IMG/VR virus record: IMGVR_UViG_3300034117_001582
Span: 186,001-250,000 of that record
Strand: one strand, 5' to 3'
DNA length: 64,000 nt
Shown here: positions 57,141 to 64,000 of the stretch, in pieces
How positions within the stretch are numbered: position 1 is the stretch's first letter
Layout: each line of letters starts with the position of its first letter
Notes under the pieces: generated by a model
The model's input: only the letters and a program-made list of their open reading frames with translations
Databases searched by the model: none
What the model was told of the DNA's origin: nothing
Made by a program: the position numbers and the translations under genes

Positions 57141-57189
57141 ATTATATAATTATCTTTGTGTTCATTAATGTTATATTTCATATCACTTA

Positions 57190-58260
57190 TTAATCCCAAT
57201 CACCATTTTTTATTGTTTCCATCATCCAAGAAATGATTGATAATAACTCTTCATTAGTTAGGTTGTTAATAGTTGTTATGTATTGGTCGTTTTGTTCAGT
57301 ATGTCCGTATTCATCAATATCAAATTCCATTATCTCAACAGCAATTTGGTCGCTGTCTTGAACCATTATATCGTCAACATATTTGTTATTACTTAATTGT
57401 ATTTCATATCCACTAAGTATTCCACTATTATCTCCCCATTTATTACCATTTATTAAAACAAAATCCCTAATATATTGTTTTAATACTTCTTTAGGGTTAT
57501 TCATGTTTTTTAACGCCGAACTAATTTGACGAATGTCTAACCCTGACATGTTTATAAAATCATATAAACCATACTCATCTATAAGTTCCGTTAAAGATTG
57601 TTTTTTATTTTCTGATTCATTCATGGGTTTCCATTTGCAATTTGGTTTTGATATGGATCCAACATATAAATTATCTATTGGCAAATAACCTTTAATAGCG
57701 TTTTTAACATCATTTCTTAAATTTTCTCCATGTCGCGCTCTTCCAACAAAACTAAAAAATAAATCATTTAGTTCTTCCGACCCAAACACCAAATAAATCA
57801 CATACATATCGTCTTCGAATGTTACTCTAATATCGCAAACACAATCTTCTTTTTTGAATGGTTCTATAAGTTCTTTAATTATGTTAAGATACTTTGGTTG
57901 TTTTTCTTCGGATTCATTTATAACGTTTCCTTCACTATCGTATTTTAGTTTAATGGCATCCAAACGAAAATCTGCACTGTTATCTTGGTCATTGTGCCAA
58001 TATGGAATAAGTTTAATACCTGTATATTCATAGATTTTACGTTGTATTTGTTCTGCAAAATAAGTCTCTTCATTACCAGCATATTCATCGTTATCAAAAT
58101 AAACTCTTATCATTGGTTTATTTTCATATTTTTTAATATCAATAAAACTAACCTCATCAAAAAACTCATGAATCATTCTTGTCACCAACTTAAGTTTTTT
58201 CTCTTCAGATTTGTCAACTGATTCCCTTAATATTTTTTTTATGGATTCTTGTAGGGTCAT
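57190..58260 (-). CDS. Three-module leader protein
   Basis: MTLQESIKKILRES / VINES (aa 114-117) / PMNES (aa 213-216). Confidence 0.8.
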   Translation of the reverse strand: MTLQESIKKILRESVDKSEEKKLKLVTRMIHEFFDEVSFIDIKKYENKPMIRVYFDNDEYAGNEETYFAEQIQRKIYEYTGIKLIPYWHNDQDNSADFRLDAIKLKYDSEGNVINESEEKQPKYLNIIKELIEPFKKEDCVCDIRVTFEDDMYVIYLVFGSEELNDLFFSFVGRARHGENLRNDVKNAIKGYLPIDNLYVGSISKPNCKWKPMNESENKKQSLTELIDEYGLYDFINMSGLDIRQISSALKNMNNPKEVLKQYIRDFVLINGNKWGDNSGILSGYEIQLSNNKYVDDIMVQDSDQIAVEIMEFDIDEYGHTEQNDQYITTINNLTNEELLSIISWMMETIKNGDWD

Positions 58261-58712
58261 ATAAAAATTATATTAGTGGCTTTACAACCAAACTTTTCAT
58301 TTATTAACTCTAATAACTCAATTTTCCAATTACCTTTACGTCCCAAGTAGTTCTCAATTTCTTCAGCAAACTGTTCGTAAAATATTATAAAATTAAAATT
58401 TGGATTTTTAACATCAGGCATTTCATAACATACTTCAGGTAACTCACCCATTACTTCTTTAAAGTATTTACCATTATCGTCATAGTTATTACCATCAACC
58501 AATTTGAATAAATAATCATCATAATTATTTTTTGGAAGAACAAACCCAACAGCATATGGGTCACAACAAACACCCATTCCACAATTATATTGAGCCCAAT
58601 CATAATAGATATCATCAAATCCATCAAACAACATATTAAGTAAATTGCTTAAAACGGGTTTAATATTGGTTTCTTCCCTTAATATTTTTCTTATGGATTC
58701 TTGTTGGTTCAT
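58257..58712 (-). CDS. Leader cassette with Cys cluster
   Basis: MNQQESIRKILREE; YNCGMGVCCDP. Confidence 0.8.
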   Translation of the reverse strand: MNQQESIRKILREETNIKPVLSNLLNMLFDGFDDIYYDWAQYNCGMGVCCDPYAVGFVLPKNNYDDYLFKLVDGNNYDDNGKYFKEVMGELPEVCYEMPDVKNPNFNFIIFYEQFAEEIENYLGRKGNWKIELLELINEKFGCKATNIIFI

Positions 58713-60308
58713 CTATATATTATTTTTAACCATATTATAAAAGAACTCACTGATTTTATCAGGAGTTGTTATGTTCTGTTGTTTTAATTGTGACCGATAA
58801 AACCCTACCATCGCAATTATTTGTGACATAGGCGCGTTTTTATATAATGATGGAGGAATAAACCCTTTATCTAATAATCCTTGTTTTTGGAGTTGTTTAA
58901 TCTTTTTTCCCGCAAACTCATCCGCAACTTCTTCAGTATGTTTCATTAGGTTTGCTGCCTCCTCAACACTTATATCACCAAGATAACACTCATACATTAA
59001 ATCTTCACCATATTTTTTAAATTGGTACTGATGTGCAGTCTCGTGAAATATAATAAACAATAGATATTCTAACCTTTGGTTTAACGCCATTTTATTTATT
59101 AACACACCATCATGTAAAGCAACTCCCATAGCCGGCATCTTGAAATTGGCAAATTCTATTTTTTTGCAGTTTGATTGTGAAATAAAATCTTTTACCTTTT
59201 CTATTAACTCATCAGACATTTCATGTCTTGATGTAATATCATCTATTAAGGTGTTAACACCATCAGTTTCTTCCTTTAATACTTTTCTTATGGATTCTTT
59301 TAGGTATATGTTTTTCTTTCCACAATCGTTAACTGTTTTGTAATACGTATCAACCGCCTCGTTTGTGTAATTATAAATTACCTGCCAAATCTCATCCAAT
59401 ATGTTATCATACATTTGTTTAATCCCTTGAGTTTGTGGAAAAAGTTTTGTTCCATGTCCACCAATAAATGTTACGGTAACACTTACAAATTTAAATGTAT
59501 TATTACCCAAAGTATTTCTTTCATTAGGTACCTTAACTTCAAACCCACATATTACGTGGTCATATTCAGGTAGTATTATATTATTTAATACATTCTCAAT
59601 CATTTCTTTTTGTGACTCTTCTTTGGATTCTCTTATCATATCTCTGCCAGTACCTTCACGCATTAATTCTATTGCTTCTGATGGTATGTTATCAAACGTA
59701 ACTATATGTTTCTTAGATGATTCAAAATGTCTATCTTTATACCACTTAACATTAGGTATTAATTCTGTATTGATTGTCCATACATCGTCGTCATATGTAG
59801 AATCAAACCACGCTCGTTTATTTGTCGAGTTGGTTGCAAATATTGCAGGTATACATTTTTCACCATATCCTGCGTATATTTTATAACATTCACCAGCAAT
59901 TGCCTTTAACCCTTCATTTGATATTCTATCTCTAAACTTTGGATTGGATTTATGTATAACAATTTTGTTTGGTGTAATTTCTTTTCCTGCTGGGCTATAA
60001 TTTTCATTAAGTTCTTCCTCATATCTTTCAGTATCTAAATAAAAATCAGGTTCCTTTTTTAATTCTGTTCGTTTCTTGTAGTCATACCAAGGAACAACAT
60101 TTAAACCGGTAAACTTATTTATAGTATCACATATTTCTGAACTCTCTAACTCTTCCCATGCATCATAGTAAACCATAATCTCATTTCTTTTGGCGATGTA
60201 TTCTAAATCTATAATATTATCAAACATGGTATATATAAAATTCTTAACTAACTCAAATTTATTAGTCTCCTCTTTTAATACTTTTTTTATGTTCTTTTTT
60301 ATGTTCAT
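58713..60308 (-). CDS. Four-module fused cassette protein: unknown + ART-like + unknown + HExxH metallopeptidase-like
   Basis: Junctions LNE (aa 100-102), IRES (225-228), internal leader LKESIRKVLKEE (336-347); HKS...I..EGL...AIFAT; IIFHETAHQ...E..ADEFA. Confidence 0.75.
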   Translation of the reverse strand: MNIKKNIKKVLKEETNKFELVKNFIYTMFDNIIDLEYIAKRNEIMVYYDAWEELESSEICDTINKFTGLNVVPWYDYKKRTELKKEPDFYLDTERYEEELNENYSPAGKEITPNKIVIHKSNPKFRDRISNEGLKAIAGECYKIYAGYGEKCIPAIFATNSTNKRAWFDSTYDDDVWTINTELIPNVKWYKDRHFESSKKHIVTFDNIPSEAIELMREGTGRDMIRESKEESQKEMIENVLNNIILPEYDHVICGFEVKVPNERNTLGNNTFKFVSVTVTFIGGHGTKLFPQTQGIKQMYDNILDEIWQVIYNYTNEAVDTYYKTVNDCGKKNIYLKESIRKVLKEETDGVNTLIDDITSRHEMSDELIEKVKDFISQSNCKKIEFANFKMPAMGVALHDGVLINKMALNQRLEYLLFIIFHETAHQYQFKKYGEDLMYECYLGDISVEEAANLMKHTEEVADEFAGKKIKQLQKQGLLDKGFIPPSLYKNAPMSQIIAMVGFYRSQLKQQNITTPDKISEFFYNMVKNNI

Positions 60309-60309
60309 G

Positions 60310-60633
60310 TTACATTACTTGGGATAAAAACTTTTTAATTGTTCTAACCACTTTTTGTCTATATGGATTGTTTTCATTTGAAAAATTATCAATTGGTTCT
60401 GTAACGTTATTATCTTCTAACATATTCAATATCAATCTTACTTGTCTTTTTTTATTATCAAAAGTTCCAATATTATAATAATCGTCATCTACTTTGAAAT
60501 AAACTTTTTTAAATCTAATCTGGTCATCAATATTTATTTCTTCAACTTTATATCTTCGCATAAGAAAATTCATAACTTTTTTGTCAATGTCCTCAGTTTC
60601 TTCTTTCAATATGTGTCTAATTAGTTTTCTCAT
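60310..60633 (-). CDS. Leader cassette, hypothetical protein
   Basis: MRKLIRHILKEE. Confidence 0.8.
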   Translation of the reverse strand: MRKLIRHILKEETEDIDKKVMNFLMRRYKVEEINIDDQIRFKKVYFKVDDDYYNIGTFDNKKRQVRLILNMLEDNNVTEPIDNFSNENNPYRQKVVRTIKKFLSQVM

Positions 60634-61076
60634 TAAATAAAAATATAATCATCAACTTTTAATCCTTTATATCCTGTCACAGATCCATACGTATAACTCT
60701 CTTCTAATTTTAATTCGTCAGGTATATATTCATACATCTCAAACACATATTCACCTAATTTTTGAGACTCTATATAGGGGTCAAATTTACCTTCATAATC
60801 AAATGGAGTAAGGACATATGCTATTTGTTTGTTTTTAATATATTCAAGGTTATACATCCGTTTTTTTTCCAAACCATAAAATTCTTTTACCTTTTCATAT
60901 TCAACAACTAAATCAATATAAATACTTGTCCTATATTCCTCATAGTCGTTATGTAATTGCCAACCAACAACAAATGGAAACTCGTTCTTTAATCCGTTAA
61001 CAACAATATCAATACCCTTATCTATTTGTTGTTTAGATACCTCTTCATTTAATATGTGTTTAATAAGTCCTCTCAT
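60633..61076 (-). CDS. Leader cassette, hypothetical protein
   Basis: MRGLIKHILNEE. Confidence 0.8.
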   Translation of the reverse strand: MRGLIKHILNEEVSKQQIDKGIDIVVNGLKNEFPFVVGWQLHNDYEEYRTSIYIDLVVEYEKVKEFYGLEKKRMYNLEYIKNKQIAYVLTPFDYEGKFDPYIESQKLGEYVFEMYEYIPDELKLEESYTYGSVTGYKGLKVDDYIFI

Positions 61077-61078
61077 TA

Positions 61079-62140
61079 TTATGCTTTTAACGTTTCTACT
61101 ATATCCTGAATGTCAGACAAATCATAACTACGACTTATGTTGTTTGGTCGTTGTGCAGTCTTTCCGTTTATTTCCCCCAACTGAACATAGGTTTGAGGCA
61201 TCCTATGTTCATTACTATCCAATTTAACAACTTTTACTGAAGACTCATCATTAAAAGAATCATATAAAAAATCTTTAAATTTATGATTCTCATCTTCCGT
61301 TAATTTATTTTCATTATAAATAATATTAACTATTGGCCAACTATTAGACATCCACCTATTCCATCCGGCATCGATAGTTTTAAATGGTAAAACAATTGAT
61401 GGTTCGTCCCCATCCGTTGTCCAAGATACCTCAACCAAACCTTTTTGGTTTTCAATTCTTTCAACCATTTCGGGGTCGTCTTTGAATATTTTTTTTAAAT
61501 TGTCTAATCCTCCAACCAATTTTGCAGCATAAAATAATCCATCCGTTTTTATTAGATTAATAATGTCCGAATTATTACTTTCATTTAAACTTTCAGATTC
61601 GCCATAAAGTTTGTCGTGTATTCTCTCTACATCTTCTATTGAAAAAGAGTCATCATAATCATGTATATCGACATCATTACCGTTTATTTGTGTAACATCA
61701 AAATAAGTGGACTTCCCAAAATCAAATGATTTAGTTTTTAACTTTCCTACAGTGTTGTCATTTTGAATTACCGAAATAATGGTTATCAGTTTGTTTTTTT
61801 CCACCGAAGTTAATTTACTGTCATCATAAATAAGATTTAATTCAGGCCAAGAATGTGTGCCCCATATATTTTTTCCAATACCTATTATTTCATATTTAAT
61901 TGGAAATACAACAAATTTATCACTTTTAAATTTCCCATCGTAATACATTTCAAAATCAACAACACCTGTTAATTCATCTAATATTTCAGAAACTTCGAGG
62001 TCATCTTTGAATATACTTTTAAGATTATCCAGTCCACCAACCATTTCAGCAGCATCAAAGATATTATTATCTTCGATAAATTGTTTCAGCTCTTGTTGGA
62101 GTCTATTTTCTTTTAATATGTGTTTAATAAGTTCTCTCAT
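61079..62140 (-). CDS. Leader protein with an internal tandem duplication
   Basis: AAEMVGGLDNLKSIFKDD / AAKLVGGLDNLKKIFKDD and W..HSWPELNLIY / W.SNSWPIVNIIY, joined at SLNES. Confidence 0.8.
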   Translation of the reverse strand: MRELIKHILKENRLQQELKQFIEDNNIFDAAEMVGGLDNLKSIFKDDLEVSEILDELTGVVDFEMYYDGKFKSDKFVVFPIKYEIIGIGKNIWGTHSWPELNLIYDDSKLTSVEKNKLITIISVIQNDNTVGKLKTKSFDFGKSTYFDVTQINGNDVDIHDYDDSFSIEDVERIHDKLYGESESLNESNNSDIINLIKTDGLFYAAKLVGGLDNLKKIFKDDPEMVERIENQKGLVEVSWTTDGDEPSIVLPFKTIDAGWNRWMSNSWPIVNIIYNENKLTEDENHKFKDFLYDSFNDESSVKVVKLDSNEHRMPQTYVQLGEINGKTAQRPNNISRSYDLSDIQDIVETLKA

Positions 62141-62142
62141 TA

Positions 62143-62793
62143 CTATCTACTTCCTCTTACTCTATCTATTTCGACCTCACGAAGTTTATCTACATATAAT
62201 TTATCAATATAACCAGGAGTTTCTTTTTCTTTTTTAATTAAATCGTTTGCTTTCCATAAAGTATTTTTGACAATAAAATCAATCATTTCATCATTTGTAA
62301 CTCCTTCAGGTTTTGAAACAGGAGGAACGCAAATTTGAGTTTTTTCTGGATGTACAGAAAATTCATCTATTGTTATATCATTTCTTCCCATTTTATTTTG
62401 GATTGTTTCTAAAAATGTGTCTTCAAACCAGTCTTGAATAACATATTTTAAATAGTTTTTTCTTACGGGAATGTCTGAATTTAATTCATCAAATATATCT
62501 TTAGGCATTTGTAATTCACCACTTTCAAAATCTCTTTCTTCCGTTTTTCTTTTATCATCAAAAACATTTTCATCATCATGGAAGAATAATATAACACTCA
62601 TTATTTCTTTTCCGTCGTTACACCATTCAAAATCATGTCTTGTTTCCCAAGATTTGTCATGATACATTTGTGCGCCATCAACATAGTCGTTTAACCACCT
62701 ATAGATAAGTTTATCCACACTTGGTGTTGGCTTTGAGTATTTCTTATTAACCTCTTCTTTTAATATATGTCTAATTAAATTTCTATTCTCCAT
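62143..62793 (-). CDS. Leader cassette, hypothetical protein
   Basis: MENRNLIRHILKEE; start could be 62796 or 62799. Confidence 0.75.
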   Translation of the reverse strand: MENRNLIRHILKEEVNKKYSKPTPSVDKLIYRWLNDYVDGAQMYHDKSWETRHDFEWCNDGKEIMSVILFFHDDENVFDDKRKTEERDFESGELQMPKDIFDELNSDIPVRKNYLKYVIQDWFEDTFLETIQNKMGRNDITIDEFSVHPEKTQICVPPVSKPEGVTNDEMIDFIVKNTLWKANDLIKKEKETPGYIDKLYVDKLREVEIDRVRGSR

Positions 62794-63214
62794 CATCATA
62801 TTCTTCTTGTACAAATTGGTATTTCATATTCATTGAATAGTCACCTCCCGCACTCCATTCACAACCAATAAACCAAAACATCAAGTTATTATGTTTACCT
62901 TTCTTTTCCCCAAAAGACCCATTACTTGTAAATGAATAATTAAGTAAAATTTTATTCAATTCTTTATCGACTGTTTTTAGTTGGTCGGTAAACGAAAAAA
63001 GGTCAGGGTCTTCACACCAAGATGTTATTAATAATTCACCCTCAATTTCGTTACTTCTGCTAATATAATTAATATTCGCAGTTTCTATATTTGTTATTAA
63101 ACTTGAATCTACATTACTTTGTAATATCCACGCAATTTTTTGAGCAGATCTAATAAACTTTTCTTTAAGATCTGAAGTATCTTCTTTTAATACTTTTCTA
63201 ATTATTTCTTTCAT
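62783..63214 (-). CDS. Leader cassette, hypothetical protein
   Basis: MKEIIRKVLKED. Confidence 0.8.
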   Translation of the reverse strand: MKEIIRKVLKEDTSDLKEKFIRSAQKIAWILQSNVDSSLITNIETANINYISRSNEIEGELLITSWCEDPDLFSFTDQLKTVDKELNKILLNYSFTSNGSFGEKKGKHNNLMFWFIGCEWSAGGDYSMNMKYQFVQEEYDDGE

Positions 63215-63855
63215 TTTACTGGCTTACCGTATTTGTAGAATTTCTGTTGTATGTTTATTGTGCCCTTACATCCACCTGTCTTCTTAGTCCCATTATCATT
63301 AAAACATTTAGGTATGGTTTTATTAAAATAATAAACCATTTTAGGCTCCCCTGAATTGCCTGAGTGCATGGATTGTAATTGTCCATTAACCGCAGACTCA
63401 CCTCCACCAGCACTTCCTCTACTATCGAATTGCTCGTAAGTATATCCATCAGTACTAGGACCAATAGTAACTTCCCAATTTACCGTTAAAGTATTTGGGT
63501 CAATAAACACATACATGTCTTTAATATCAACGGCCTTAACATTTTTATTTTTAAATTTATAATCTTTAATACCATTTTGTACTATCGTATTAATTCTACC
63601 ACCAAACCCATCGGACCGTCTTCTGTGAAATGAATGTAATGCGTCGTAAACTCCTGATTTACCAGCAGCACTATAACTTCCTTTTATTACTTCATCTGAT
63701 GAAAATCCTTTTGATGGGTCTAACCATAGTGAACCTTTAAGGTCTTTAGTCGGGTCAGGTTTAATATTAGCCCCTTTTTTCTTTTCGTTATCCTCTAATA
63801 TATTAGGATTTAAACCAACATATTCTTTTAATACTTTTCTAATTAAATCTTTCAT
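63211..63855 (-). CDS. Leader cassette, hypothetical protein
   Basis: MKDLIRKVLKEY; TATTTATA upstream. Confidence 0.8.
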   Translation of the reverse strand: MKDLIRKVLKEYVGLNPNILEDNEKKKGANIKPDPTKDLKGSLWLDPSKGFSSDEVIKGSYSAAGKSGVYDALHSFHRRRSDGFGGRINTIVQNGIKDYKFKNKNVKAVDIKDMYVFIDPNTLTVNWEVTIGPSTDGYTYEQFDSRGSAGGGESAVNGQLQSMHSGNSGEPKMVYYFNKTIPKCFNDNGTKKTGGCKGTINIQQKFYKYGKPVK

Positions 63856-63878
63856 AGTTATAAATATCGCTTAATTAT

Positions 63879-63909
63879 TTTGCGTCATCAATAGTTTATC
63901 GTATCTTTA
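63879..63909 (+). promoter_or_regulatory. Near-consensus Bacteroidetes-type promoter
   Basis: TTTG 63879-82, N19, TATCTTTA 63902-09. Confidence 0.5.
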
Positions 63910-63913
63910 TGTT

Positions 63914-64000
63914 ATGAAAAAATTCTTAGCATATTACTTTATCTATCGAACCACTAAGGACCCTATGACAGCGGCCAAAATATATCAAATGATATATCAT
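63914..64000 (+). CDS. Partial ORF running off the window end
   Basis: MKKFLAYYFIYRTTKDPMTAAKIYQMIYH...; open to the end, downstream of the promoter. Confidence 0.45.
   Translation, partial: MKKFLAYYFIYRTTKDPMTAAKIYQMIYH

Noticed and set aside
1-64000. Alternative genetic code (TAG or TGA recoding) as in some Bacteroidetes phages
   Set aside because: Genes tile densely under the standard code. TAG and TGA act as real stops, including ATGA overlaps, and known domains are not interrupted.
1-64000. tRNA or rRNA genes
   Set aside because: No cloverleaf with T-loop GTTC(G/A)A in a suitable context and no rRNA-like stretch seen by eye. tRNAscan-SE would confirm.

Overview
AT-rich, gene-dense, mostly minus-strand segment, most likely from a huge/jumbo phage infecting a Bacteroidetes host. 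The window has no terminase, capsid or polymerase gene, so the phage call is an inference. Host evidence: TTTG-N19-TAnnTTTG promoters, signal peptides ending in ..SQ, and a T9SS type-B cargo protein. Left part (1-20 kb): a >1,355-aa Gly-Thr-Ser/Gly-Thr-Asn repeat fibre missed by the ORF track, large virion-type proteins, peptidoglycan hydrolases and an SprB-like adhesin. Middle: host-like accessory genes (uvrC, FKBP PPIase, PAP2, GNATs) and two convergent CAP/OmpA-like gene pairs. A low-coding origin-like interval lies at 48.2-50.1 kb. The main feature is a cassette system. About 45 otherwise unrelated genes begin with one of a few conserved 12-25 aa leaders, mostly ending in [ILV]-x-E, usually with TATTTAT a few bases upstream. 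At 41-48 kb these genes are separated by near-identical terminator+TATTTAT boundary repeats. Several genes are fused cassettes that keep internal leaders or x-E-S junctions. My inference is a large, recombining arsenal of capsid-targeted, protease-matured proteins, analogous to T4 internal proteins but much larger.
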